Positions 14,352-27,649 of a stretch of 64,000 bases of DNA are shown here, in pieces. The stretch lies in contig MCFE01000464.1 of NCBI GenBank assembly GCA_002104905.1, positions 6,633 to 70,632 of the forward strand, given 5' to 3'. The notes beneath the pieces were generated by a model. It saw nothing but the letters and a program-made list of their open reading frames with translations. It did no database searches and was not told the DNA's origin. This DNA is from Basidiobolus meristosporus CBS 931.73. Taxonomy: Eukaryota > Fungi > Basidiobolomycota. Numbering within the stretch: position 1 is the stretch's first letter; the number at the start of each line of letters is the position of its first letter. A program made the position numbers and the translations under genes.

Positions 14352-15346
14352 CTACAGATCTATGGTGGGCTTTCCTTTGAATTTTTTAGCAGCACGATCG
14401 CTAGCTTTACAGAGCAGCTGGTTTCCATACAGGGTGAATATGCTATCGCGAATTTTGAATGTGAAAACGCTATTGACTTTTGGAATGACTAAGAGAGGTG
14501 TGGGTTAGGGCCAGGCCAATTGCTATTACTAACATGCGGGATGCTTACCCAGCAGCCGATCATTGGAGGTGATGATGTTGAATACGTTTCGTTTTTCTTG
14601 AACCAAAATCCCCGACACTCCGATGTAGTGGGGACATTTGGATTTAACCACTATGTCGAATGGGAAGACAGTTACCATCTATCCGGAAGGTGTTCTGACA
14701 TGTTCGCGTGGTTTTGTTACCTGTGATGAGGCACCCATGGAGGTCTGCTTTTAGAATCTTTTGCGCAAAAACGGAAGGACTGGAGCCGTTGAATAGCTCC
14801 TCCATGTATTGCAGCCATAGCTTATGCAATGGCACAAACAGGGCATACCTGGAAATCATACGAGTTACTTGCTGTCATGCCTGGGAAAATATGCGCATTT
14901 ATCGAAACTACTTATGGCATTCGGCGGGCAAATCGTAAACCTTGCCCTCTTTCTTCTCTTTGGAAGTCAGACCCAACCGTCTCTGTTTTCCGCGAGACTT
15001 CTTTTGACTGTTTTTGGCAGCAGGATTGTCGAGTAGTAGGACCTTTCCTTTGATCTTGCTGTCGTATATTTTGGCTTGATCGAATCTATTATTTACAGTG
15101 TTGGTAACAAAGTCAGGCGCGAATTTTTTGGTGTTTTCGTTGAGAGGAGGTGCTTCCTACGAGAATTCAACCGATACCGTGTCAACCATTAACATCCACA
15201 CCACACATCAAACATTATTATAAAGGAACCTCTTTGGCGATTTCTGGGTGGTTTCTAACGAAAGAGCCGAGACTAGCGTAAGGATCGATTTCTTTACTTC
15301 CTGAATCTCCTTGATTGGGCAACGATGTGTGAGTTGCATGATCCAT
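14352..15346 (-). CDS. POP4: RNase P/MRP subunit Pop4/Rpp29
   Basis: LFVPLHKLWLQYM and KILKADLHGCLIT, plus last exon IPKVNSVFTF...LYGNQLLCKASDRAAKKFKGKPTIDL*. Confidence 0.9.
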
Positions 15347-15718
15347 TCCTGTACTGAGAAGGCACCAACAAACCTTTCTGCGTGTCCATCTTGGAACTAG
15401 GTTGTAGGGCAAGTATTTTGGAATGCGACCTGGAGATTTTTATTGAATCCTTTGTGCAAAAAAAGAATGCGAACTTGGGTTACAAAAAGAATTCACACTA
15501 CCAAATCCACTTAAGATGTTGATTAAAAGGTTGCTTTGTCTGGCTGGAGGGAAAGTGAGATCGAAATCGATGGTCCAATTCTCTGGATGTTCATGTGTAT
15601 CCCCTATCTCCATTCTCCATTAGGATAGGCAATAAGTCAAGCCCTTCCGTGGCTATGACGTATTTAAAGAATTTGAAGAGACATTCTATTGACCAATTTG
15701 CTTGGTAACCGGCAAATA

Positions 15719-16323
15719 ATGCGTGACCCAACCGAGACAGTAGACGCCTATTTCATAGCAATTCAGAACGGAGATGCTGAAGCAGTTCGCACTTTGTTAG
15801 CGGTAGATCGCTCCCTCACCTCGAAAAAGAAGCGAGGCAACTACAAATACGAGACGGAAGTGGAATTGGATGCGTATAAGTTTCTGGGCGCGTATATCGG
15901 ACAGCTGACTGGTCTTCAAGCGGCCATCCTTAGCGGTCAAGAATCCATTGCCCAGGACATTCTTGATTCGACCTTTGCCGAAGGTAAAAACTCCCCTGAC
16001 ATCTACACAGCTCTTTGTTATCTAGCGCTCACCATCTATTCTACGCGCTCCACCGCAACCCTATAGAAATCGACCTGACTTTTGGGGTAATCAATAACCG
16101 TTTTATCGACATTTCACTGATTGACATAGACTAAGGAACAATTCCTCACTAGGATAACAACACTGCCCTTCATTTGGCAACTTTTTTCAATTTTAAAGAT
16201 CTAGTCAAGTCTCTGCTTGAGCGAGGTGCAGACGGTTCACGTAAGAACGGAAAAGGCCTCACTTCAATCGATCTGTCCAACGACCCTGAGATTCTTACGT
16301 TGTTAAACGCTTACGAACATTGA
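15719..16323 (+). CDS. Small ankyrin-repeat protein
   Basis: YFIAIQNGDAEAVRTLL, LTGLQAAILSGQESIAQDIL and NTALHLATFFNFKDLVKSLLERGAD...GLTSIDL match ankyrin consensus. Short GT-AG introns. Confidence 0.8.
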
Positions 16324-16757
16324 GTTCCTGTTCGACGAACTTATTGTAAGTGCTCCTTACACAGGCCAAGATGCTTCCACCCGATAAAATTAACGGATTT
16401 GTTTTCACCAGGTTAGCCGGTTGGGAGGATTGATGGTGTTTCCTTTTCGGGGAAATCCCTTTTCCATCGTATTATCGTTGGAATGCGATAAAACAACTGC
16501 CATCCATTTTCTCCAGCTTGGGTAATTTAACCAATGATATAATAAAAGTTCAATCATACCCTCTCGAACAGTGAAAAATCATGTACAAAAAGGTCAAAAA
16601 AAAAACTAATTCCTATGAAAGAAACTTCAAGGAACTCTCAGTAACGAGTCACGTCACACGCTTGTAGACACGCCTTGGAACTAACCTTCTTTCGCTTCGT
16701 CACCTCCACTTCATATATACATAGAAAGAGAGTCACCTTCAACTGGGGAAATCTCGA

Positions 16758-19195
16758 ATGGATCAGCAAATTGGCACGTTTTCTCTATCACCCACCAAGT
16801 CAAGCAGAGCGATGGCTAATTTGAGTTTCTTCTATTAATCGATAAATCAGGTAAAGAGCCAGTGGCCAGAGGTGAAGTAACGAGAGAGCCAACATCGCCT
16901 CTAACAGAAAACAACAACATGGATCTGAATCCCCCCAAAAGCCTTAAAAATCGAGAGCCTTCTCGACCTAACAATGCACCTGGAAGCGAGTCAACTGTGC
17001 AGCGTGCTGACTTCATAACATGCTCGGAGCCTTTTGTTGAAGGAGAGAACCTGGCTGGTTTAAAGTTGGAGCTGGGAAAGGTAGCTTAATTGCTGAGATT
17101 TGTTGGTTTTCTCAGCGAAGCGCTAACGAAAACTTCCAATCGTTGCAGCAAGACAACATCGACTATGATCGCTTTTGCAACGGAGATATTGTTTCCGAAT
17201 TACTTGACACAAAGGTCAGTCTTATGTAGCCACAGCTCAGTCCTGAGTTGTTTTTTAACCGCTTTTGGAGCACAGGGCCAACTAAACGATATCCCACGAG
17301 AGGTGTTTACTGCAGCCCGTTCGCGAGCTAACCCGTACGAAAGAATCGGGAAATCCATTTTTATTAATAGAAGCGCGGTCAAGTTGGCTGCTATCGATGC
17401 TATGTTTGGATTGTCCGCAACGAAGCAAACGGTTGCGCCGAAAACTAATGTAAAACTTCATCCAGTCTTTCTCTTGGCTGCCTCTAACCAGCTGGCTTCT
17501 AGTTGTTTAAATTTGCCGACCTGTGTTCTGGCCCTGGTGGGTTTTCAGGTATTTCAAGAAACATGTTCTACCCGAGATGTGTGGCTGGGTTTCTTAAGCT
17601 GCTATCATTCTAGAATATCTTCTCTGGAGAAAGCATACGTGGGGTGAGAAAGCACATGGGTGGGGGCTGACACTGAAAGGAGACAAGGATTTTACGCTAG
17701 ACCAATTCCACCCAGCTGCTTTAGCGCATCATTGCTTTACGCCGTGTTATGGTAATCGCAGCCCGACTTGAGCCACCATCTATATGGACTAATCGATCCC
17801 ACAGGAGATATCTATCTTGAGGAGAACATAAGAAATTTTTCAAACACAGTCAGAGACGCCACTGAAGATATCGGCGTGGACTTGGTTGTGGGCGATGGGG
17901 TACGTCTCGGTTGACAATAAGGGTTCTTGCAGCAACGTTCATTCTCTAATACACCCATTTCAGGGTATGAGTGTTGAAGGTGAGGAAAACTCACAGGAAG
18001 GCTTGATGAAGCAACTCATCCTCTGCCAGATACTGTCTATGTTTACCGTATTGAGAAAAGGTTGGTCTTCAAAACTTTTGACTGGACATAGATTGTAGTT
18101 TGAGCTGACTTTGCGAGGAACTTAGGCGGTGATTTTGCGGTCAAAATCTTTGATGTCCTCACCCCGTTTACCGCAGGTCTAATGTACATCCTTTATCGCC
18201 AATTTGAGAAAGTGTGCATCTTGAAGCCACTGACCAGTCGTCCGGCCAATGCCGAAAGGTGAGCCAATGATGTGGAGCTCATCTTGCACCCCAGCACTAA
18301 GCCACTTCGTAGGTTTATTGTCGCCATGAATTTGAAGGAGCGAAGCCCCAAAATTATCGACCACCTGTACATGGTGAATAACAAGATCAATGAGTTGAAG
18401 CAAGGGGGAGCGGACCTTCAGGTGGTTGAAATCATCGATATGGATGTGATGGTAAAGGATGAGGCCTTTCTCGATTACTTGCAGACGACCAACATGAGAA
18501 TCGCAATCAAACAAATCGAGGCCTTGAAGGACCTTCTAAAGTACATCAAAAACCCGGATCTTCGCTACCCAAATCAAGAGCAGGTTAGAAGACAGTGTTT
18601 GCAGGAATGGAGACTGCCTGTAGATGAGCCTAGACGTGACCATCAGAGAAGGCAGAACGATCGTCGAAGAGATCATAGACCTTATCCCCGCCGACGCTAC
18701 GATGACCATGACCATAGAGATCGGCATCGGCCGAGAGACCGCCCAAGAGACCGTGAAAGAGATAGAGATCGTGAGCGCGAACGTGAGAGGGATCGTAGCA
18801 AACTCAAGGAAGAGGAGATTAGAAACAAGCATAAGAATAGTGTATACAGTACCATGAATTGGCAAAGTCGAGCCAGTGAACATGCTCTAAAGTAAGTTTC
18901 ACCAGTTGTTTCATGTTAGACTGTATGCTAAAATGTAGCCAGGTCTCCTACGGATTCTAGCTTTGGCACATCAAATTCATTTGGAGGCGGGGATTCCTTG
19001 GCCAGCCTGATGGCCGATTTCCTAGGCGATGGGCCAGCGGAACAGTTACTATCACCTACACCATTTGCCAGCCGCTCCAGCAACAAGCGCACGGCGGAAG
19101 CGTCTCTATCGCCCGAGAAGCGACAGAAATCCGAAAAATCCAACGAAGATGTGTTAACGTCATTGTTGAACACAATCAACTCGGACAAGTCGTAG
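16758..19195 (+). CDS. CMTR1: Cap-specific mRNA (nucleoside-2'-O-)-methyltransferase 1-like (FtsJ/RrmJ fold) with an Arg/Asp/Glu-rich C-terminal tail
   Basis: [25 protein letters not shown]-binding DLCSGPGGF, and the K-D-K-E tetrad ([24 protein letters not shown]) spread over spliced exons. Last intron at 18892 adds the 18998..19195 frame. Confidence 0.88.
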
Positions 19196-19714
19196 AGTTA
19201 ATGATCGAGTTTATTGGTGTAAATTACTCGTTTGATATCCATGAGGATAATCGCATGTTCAGTTCTTTCTCTAGTTTTGGTTTGCCATGAGGTCGGGCCA
19301 CCATACCGATAGCAGTTTCTTAATTCTTCTTGAAATCTGTTCATTTATACGTACTAATGATAAGCGTCTGTAAAGTAAAGCGACCAATTTCCGAATCTAC
19401 CATGCTCGTAATGAATCGCCCACATAACGAGCACTTGTTGTATTGGAACGCCCCACTTGGTGCGATCTGTTGGCAGTTATATTTATATAAAGAAATGCAT
19501 CTGCATATTCAAGGTGCGCTAGGGATGTGTTCGGTCAACGTGGGTAGACCGCTTCATGAAATAATTTATATACAGAGTAAGAATGTGTACAAATGCAGCG
19601 AAATTGCTAATAAGCCTTCAGACCCAAGCTGGTTTACGTTCCCCGAGCTGCTAGGTAAGGAATATCGATGAAAATGACTGACTTGGCTCGGGGGGGGGGG
19701 GTAAATATGATCAA

Positions 19715-21837
19715 TTAATGAAAGGCTCTTCGGAGATCGTCCCATTTCTTCTGCAGTTGCACTCGTTCGTTTTCAGACTCTGCATATTGCATTTTAGCGT
19801 CAATGAGACGTGCCTCAAGTTCTGAAAGCTGATCTTCCAGATTGGTATTCTGATCAGCAAGCTCGAGATTTTTACGCGCCAAAAGCTCCATTTCCTGGCC
19901 AACAGATAGCTCCGCCTCCTTACGGGATCGCTCCAGCTGCTCCTTCAGCTGAGCAACTTCAAACTTAAGCGCTTCGTTCTCGTCTTGAAGTCGAGCGACA
20001 TCGAGTTTACTTTGGACAAATTCGTTTGCCAATTCACAATGCTCCTCGTTTAACGTTTGTACGGTATGTTCGAGGGTTTTCACCCCGTCCTCTAGCCGCT
20101 TATTGTCGCTCTTCAGAGACGCGATGAGGAGCACTTCGGCTTGTTGTTTCTGGACCTCGGCTTGGTAATCTCGAGAAAGGCGGTCTAGTCGCTTTGGTGT
20201 GATCTTTACATCGTATGCATCGTTGATCAGTTTATCGATCTTCCCATCGTATACATGATACAAATGATGTTTGAGAAAATCGAGTAGAGTTTCAAACGGC
20301 ATTTCAACCAGTCTATCCTGGTTCGCTTTCAGAAGGGCTATCGCGAACCGAAATAGGCTTTCTACTCCTTCGGCAAGTATGATGTCAAAGATACGGAACA
20401 CCAGTGGAAGTGGGAATCTATAAGCAAACAGCGTCATAAACCACTGGGAAGCATACATCGATGATGTTACACTTTCTGCCTTCATATGCTTGTGAAGGTT
20501 GGGCAGGTATTCCTCCAACAGATGATCGAATTGATAAAGTCGAAGGTGGAGGGTTTCCATTTGTGGAGTAAAGTGTCCACGAAGCCCGTAAGCTCTCATC
20601 AATCTTACCAAAACGCAGAATGCTTCCTCCTCAGGCATCTAAAGAAAACATTAATACTGGCTTCGAAAAATCCAAGTCGTTTTACGTGCTTACATGGAGG
20701 AGTAATGGTCCAACTACGAATGAAATCCCTTGGCAGTAGCCAACCTCGGTATCGTATAGCGAGAATGCCTTTACTACGTTGTACAGGCTTTCCTGACCGG
20801 CTCCGCCATTTTGGAAAAATGAGTGATTGGGAAATGTGCGCGACAAGTCACGAATGATCATTTTATCGAAGGGAGAGGTCTGCTCAAGAAGCTGGCTATA
20901 CAGACTCTCAAGAGGCGAATCCTTGCTCTTGCTCATGAGCTGCCAAACAGGGCCTCGGAGGGAGGAAGGAATACCCCGCTGGATATTTTTCGATACCAGA
21001 CGGCTCTGCTTGCGGGTCATGCCGGGATAATCGCTAATGAGCATTCCCCAGAATTCTAAATACAAAGTAAGTACCTAACGATGGTCAACAATCACAACTG
21101 ATCTTCATACCCCAATTGATGTTCGCTTCAGCCTCCTCGTTGATCAAATCTTGGAAATGTATTACGGGGGACTGGAAAGCGGATTCTTTAGACTTCAGGT
21201 CAACTTCAGAGACTGTGTCCACGCCGATGAACGGACTATTGCCCAACAGGGAGAAGGGATCCGAAATTTGGTGAGAATCATAATCCTTGGGGGTAGTCAG
21301 AGGAGCATCGGAGCTGATGGAGCCCTCGCTCAAGCTGCTTTTACCAGAATCACGATTACTTGAGGTATATGGAACTGGTGTGATCTGGAGTGATTCACGT
21401 GATTCAAGTCTGTTACGGCCACTGCGAAGACTCAGGGCTGATGGCGCAACTTTGACTTCGTAACTGAAATCCGACTCCTCGCTTGAGGGGAGTACCTCTG
21501 TTTGTGGTGCTTGGCTCACGGAACTCTGGTGGCCCAGGTACTCTTCTTTGTCTTCAATAACTTGGGCTAACGGAGTCATATCCATATGGTTGACGGAAGA
21601 CTGTAGCATACTTTCCGCCAATGAGGAGCTACTCGTCAATGACGCGTTGTCGTGCAATGAATACTCAGTATCTGAATCCATCAAGCTATCTATTGCTTTA
21701 GAGTCCAGGACCTCGACTTGGCAAGTGGAAATTTTTTCAGTATTTTCAAGCGGCAAGGCTCCATTGTCAAAACCTATAGGGCCTTGGCTATAAACGCGAG
21801 AATATGCGTGGTCCTCGACAGATGGAATTGCAGTCAT
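19715..21837 (-). CDS. TBC-domain Rab GTPase-activating protein (Gyp5/EVI5-like) with C-terminal coiled coil; 3 exons
   Basis: IQRGIPSSLRGPVWQLM, IIRDLSRTFP (Arg finger), GYCQG (Gln finger), YASQWFMTLFAYRFP, followed by a long heptad region. Confidence 0.92.
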
Positions 21838-24618
21838 GTGAGCGACTTGTTATGTCTATGTAGATTAAGTGTCGAAGATGAATATCGTCTGGTTATAAAG
21901 ACGATGTATGCAATGCTTATTAAGTGTCGAGTTGGATAAACCCAGTGAAATTATTATAAATCTAAGAACAAAGGGATTGTTTGACAGGTACAGCACTTGA
22001 AGTGTGGACGAATTTTAGGAACTGACAAAGCTATCGGAAGCGACGCGGCGATGTATTATATTTGAGTGAAGAAATAGGAAACGGATATGCAGCCAAAACA
22101 GGATCCCTATGTCTATTTTGTAAACATTCTTCTGAGGTGGCGCCAGGCGAACATGCGTATTCATTGGATGACGTTTATTTTTATGATTTTTTTTCCGTAT
22201 GTGGTATACTTGCCGATTCCATATAGAGGTGAAACAAATTAAATTGACGAAAAATATCCTCAATCCGAATTGTGGGTATATTTAAAATTCGCCTACCATT
22301 GAAATGGAAAGTGCACTTATGCGCGCATCTCGGGAAATACGATGCATTGTTCGGTCAGGGAGTCGAATCGAGAAATATGAATATGGGGATCTCCGGTACA
22401 AGCAGCCAGCGAAGTATTTGGGGAACAGGTAGGACTCCGGTTACTTGGCCAATGGAATCCAACCTAGTGAAACATATATACGAAGCCCGTATTAAACTTG
22501 ACTCAGAATATTGCTGGAGATTTTCATCTAATCACAGCACTGATAGTCTAGATGTTGGGCAAAACAAACCCATGAGCAACTTCGCCCCGTCGCCAACCTG
22601 GCGATATCTTTCAACCAGATTATTTCACTCCCAAACCGGCCTGGCTCATACGTAATGATCCCCCAAAACAACCCAGGCTGAGATCTTGGCAGTTGAATGC
22701 TGTGCTGATGACTACATGACCATGGGCTTCAGGGTTACACCTCACAATTGGCGCTGGAGTCTCGCCCATTATGAAATCCATATCAAGTTAGAGCGCTACC
22801 CATTGGCTTAAAACCATCCCGATGAAAGCTTATTAGCGCTCTATGATTTGAGTTATAAATAGGCAAGATAGATGCGTGCCGAAACCAACAAGCGTACACT
22901 GATCTGCGCTGATAGTTATCGATAAATGTAGATCTCAATGTTATCAGTTATTTCACTTAAATGCAGATCTCTCTGAGTATTGATCTGATTCCGCCGATAT
23001 ACTATCGAACACCATGCACCATCACGGGACACCAATCAAGCGCTAGTTTTGTCAGCAGGAGCCACTTGTAAATGAATTTAAGATGGCTCACCTGTTGAAG
23101 ACACGTGTATATTTAATCTGAGTTGACCGTAAACAACCGCATACAAAACAAAGCAATCAAGTTTTATCTAGTTTAGAGGCTGTGCTGGGCTTTCCCATTG
23201 TTTTATGAAATGTTGAAGCTGGCTGTCTAGCTTTCACGGGATAGTGCAGGTAAATTGGTGTTATCACGGAGGATTTAATGCATCTCCAGCTCTGTTGATC
23301 GATGTTCTTCAATCCGTGATTGATGATGATGTTCACACCCTTCAACCTTTGTTTGATGGATGATTTGCAGATCGAGTGTGTGTTATTGTGGGTTCGTGGG
23401 GACAATCAGATCGCCATATCAATGTGGTTGTGTTGGGTGGCTTGGTCACGTATTCGGTTTAATCGAAATAGCTTTGAAAGCTTTGATTGCACCAAATTCT
23501 CTTCGCCAATCTCTGGGCAAATCGCCAAATGGTTAAACACCTGTGGCAGCGCAGCTCAGCCAACCATACTGGGTAACCCTGAATATACTGTATTGATTGG
23601 ATTTCCATTATTTTATTCCCTTTGTATATACCTCTACTCGACTCTGGCTGATTACTTTTCCAACACAGAGTATAGGTGATAAGGGATGACCATATACTGT
23701 TCAACCAATCTAGTCCATAACCAAAAACATTTGGGGTGATTGCCTTTTTGATCGATGTAAATAAGTGACGGTCGATTACGCGCAACATGGTGTCAATTTG
23801 ACGGATGCAAATAATGGGGTGCTACTCATTCTGGTTTGGTTGATTTTCATACGGTAGATCTCACGACAGTAAGGCATCTCCAACAATGCTCCGAGCGGAG
23901 AGTGGTGAACATATTGTCTATATGGCCTGTTCTAGTGTGTGTCATGAAAATCGAATGGATATGAAGTGATGTTCCAGTGTGCAAAAAGAGGTAGATATGA
24001 TACGGATGCAGTGCCGGATGACGTGTTCCAGTACGCACAGAGTGATAAAGAGCCCCAAGCGGAGGAGAAGGTGCTTGCTAGGTTACGAAGCGACACTTCT
24101 TGAAAGGGTTTCAGGTTTTAACAGGATATGGTCATAGTTTTGTCTTGTCATATGGTGTTAGATTGGAAGAAGTAAGATTGCATGAATTTCTTGAGAAATA
24201 AGATAGAATACGAGGTGAATTGATGCTTATTTTTGATTTTTACAAGTGCGCCAGATATAACTGCAGACTGTATTGTTAATACTGGGTATAGGGAACACCG
24301 GGTTGCTTGGTTTATATTAAAGAGATTGAAGATCGAGCTCTACTGCCAACATTCGCTACGATTTATGGTGGACAGGTCAGACTCTCGTTACACGACCAAT
24401 GGAAATCAGCTCAGTAGGACTTGCACCCTATTAAACTTAGCTCAGAATGTTGTTGAGATTTCTCATTAATTGCTGTTATTTAGTGCTAGTTCAGTCTAGC
24501 ATACATAGTACTTGAAGGGTTATGGCTAGTATTGGCTGTATCGAACAATTGCTTTAAATGACTGTCAAACCTGACTGAATATCCCCCTCATTGCTAGCGG
24601 TAAGAACTAAAAGCCGTT

Positions 24619-27055
24619 ATGATTATATGGTTACAACGCTGCTACCCACTATACGCATTATATAATTATGCTGCCGACTTATATATATATCAGCGTACAT
24701 CAACCGAGAAAGCAAGGGATGTGAAGAGTGTTCACTTGGATGGATTTGAAGGGGCTATATACTCGGGATTCCTTCAGCTGAGGCTAGCAGTAGCCGTAGC
24801 CGGGTCCTTGAGCTTTCTAGAGAGCCGTATATCTGTACACTCTTTGGGCAGCACTACTGTCTGTGTTGTAGCCCTCAGAATTTCAAACATGGTTGGGAAT
24901 GACCCCGAGGGTGTCTATGCCTATATATTCGGTTCCCCTCCAGTAAGAGATGGTGCTTTTGCAGAGTATTTCAGTAATAGTTTTGGTGACAATTTCAGGT
25001 TGTTTTACAACTATGGCGATATTATCCCATGTATCACCAGCTGTATCTCCAACCGTGGAGAGGAGCTCGTAAGAAAGATGCTGATGCATTTATACGCAAT
25101 TGTCACCACAAACAACGCAATTGAATCTCACAACACAATACGTGAAAAGGCTATCGCATTCTTCTAAAGTCTGGGCTCTCCTGGGGGCTTTTACCACTTA
25201 GTGAATGCTAGAGTAATGTAGGCGGCTTGTGGTCCCTGGTTACGGATCCTAAATGCCTTGAGATCCCTAATATCAAGCTACTAAGTATACAAAAACACCA
25301 CATAAATTCCCACTTCAACAGCCTTCAAAGTTGGTAACCTTCACACAACATTCCGAGGGAGAACAATGGCTTATGTAGCATGCGTCCAGATGGATCGTCC
25401 AGAATTTTGGACGTACTCCACTCCTCGTGGGGTACAACCAAGGTGAACAGCGTGCTGGTAAGGTCCGATGAATATGTGGGAAATCAACGTATTCTCAAAT
25501 CCGAAGTCTTTGGTTCCAACATACACAACGCGAAATTTTGGTTCAAGGGAGACGAAATGAAACCGGAGAACTATCTCCAGAAAAATCATGATGCCGTTAT
25601 AAAAACGCGCGCGTGTCGGCCAAGTCCGATATACGGGAAGAGTCTTTGGGCTATACATCCATATTCGGAAGGGACACTAGATTCAAATATGTCGCCTTTG
25701 TTGAAGAGAGTAATAGAAGCCGAAACAAGTATGTGAGAAGTATGAGCCTAGGCGAGGTTTTAAATTTGGGCTTCGCTTATTCCTCATGTGATGGCCTCGA
25801 TCATGATCACGAGTTTGGAGAGACTAGGTGATTTATACGATGCCTATGTTCTGCATATCTCCAACCCCAATGCCACGAGCAACATCTTGAGCAAGCTGGA
25901 CAAGCACGCCACTCTAACAGAGCAGAGTAACGATCAGGAATACATACCCAGTGGCCCCGAGCCAGCACCGAAGGCAGAGGAAAAGTCGTACACCAAGTAT
26001 CATGAGGCCAGATGGGACGTTAACAATGTGGAGTTGTCATACTTGCAGACAAATCTTACCAAGAATATCACATTAGGATTGATGGGTTTTCTTACTTGCA
26101 ACAAGATGTACTTAGCAAAAGAGAAGCTTTTGAAGGCGGTCAGATCAGTGAGCAAAGCAAGCGCTGTAATGTCCGCAGCGGCCATGGCTATGAAAAAGAT
26201 GCAAATGGCAATCCTGATAAAATCTGTGGTCTTTTACTATGTGGGTCGAGGCGTACCAGTCATGATTATGTTGCTTATGTGCGATGTGTTGAAGTCAGCA
26301 AAGGAATTTTCAGGATCAGAAAGACAAGTTGTACCTGTGCAATGCGGAATACATAGCCAAATAGTTGGAAGCCTCGGTACATCTCGACTCGGACGTATAG
26401 CTAAATTTCTTGGAAATTTTGATGATAGTGTATGAGATGCGTTAGGTGATAATCAAGTGTTATGGAGTGGTCATGATAGGAAAAAGAAGACCAGTAAAGG
26501 TAGCTTCCTGCAAAACCTGGGTTTTGATACTGGTGCGGCGGCCACCATATCTACGAAGTCTACAAAGGTTTTCAGGCCATTCAATAAGAGCAATTTCGTA
26601 TTCCTGGACTTTCCAGGGCTCGGTGAGAGATCTGAGGTGATTCAAAGATCCATATTCTACAACACCAATATGACCGGAGCTTGTATCATGATATTCTGAC
26701 TGCGGTAGACAGTATGGAGTTCGCCGAGATGTTGGGGGATCATATGATCAACTACCGTAACAACTGCAGATACATAATATTTCTTAACAAAGCTTGGGCA
26801 AGCCTGAGGTTCAGCTTTTACTCAAGGCCAAGATTGACGAGTTAAAGCAAACCATTAATAATCTCAACTGTGGGAAGCCGGCACATCTTGAGATATGTCC
26901 ATCGTATTTCAAGGGGAGATTGGTTAAACAGGCGAACCCCCAAAAAATCAGAGTTAGAAACAAATGGAATACTATGTGTGAAAAAGGCGATGGAAGAGGT
27001 GAAGACCACGTTGGACAAGTTGGGTATTGATTGTGACATATCAACACTCAATTAG
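24619..27055 (+). pseudogene. Decayed gene with an N-terminal class-3 lipase-like domain and a C-terminal TRAFAC P-loop GTPase-like domain
   Basis: Lipase motifs IYSGF, VHSLG, YIFGSP.V.DGAFAEYF and NYGDIIP. GTPase motifs VVMIG-K..TSKGSFL (G1-like, split by a frameshift), FLDFPGLG at 26607 (G3) and IIFLNKA at 26786 (G4). Several stops and frameshifts lie between. Confidence 0.55.
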
Positions 27056-27649
27056 AAGTAGTTTCATGATTTCCTGGCCTGCTATGCAGTAGTCAAGCAA
27101 CAAACTCCAAAATGTACCTCCATTGTTGACTAAGGAAGATTTTGAGAGTTGCATACGAGTCCAAAGCTACTAGTACAACGCTGTATATATCAAAGTAAGA
27201 GTAATGTCATGTATTCAAGGGGTAAACTATAAATAAGCTCGAGTATCAGTCTTCCATAACTTTGTGACTGTGCTACAATTATCGATTATCTACTGTCATG
27301 ATAAAGTCCGAATGTACGAAGAGATAGAACATATTAACAGACTGCTTTGTTCATTGTCCGCAAATGGTGTGAAGAGAAAATGCGCTGTCATGAATTCTTC
27401 AAGCAAATACGGGAAATCTTTCAGAATGTCCAAAAGCATGCTATTGATAGGATTTCGGAAATGGATTTCATAAACTGATCGAAATTGTGAAGCATCTCAA
27501 TGATATATCCAAAATTTTGCAGTTTATCTTTTTTGGTTGAGAAGCCACCTAAGGATCAAAATTTCGGAGTTCGATGGAAAATTTTGTTGAAATACAAGTG
27601 TGGTTTGACCTCTTCGTATTGACTGTAGCTTCCAACTACTCTTTGCACA

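Noticed and set aside
18536-18883. Antisense hydrophobic ORF over the CMTR1 tail, and similar shadow ORFs over other genes
   Set aside because: These are by-products of low-complexity or codon-biased sense-strand coding.
22015-24050. ORFs of 60-127 aa on both strands
   Set aside because: No family motif, many stops in every frame, and no convincing exon structure.
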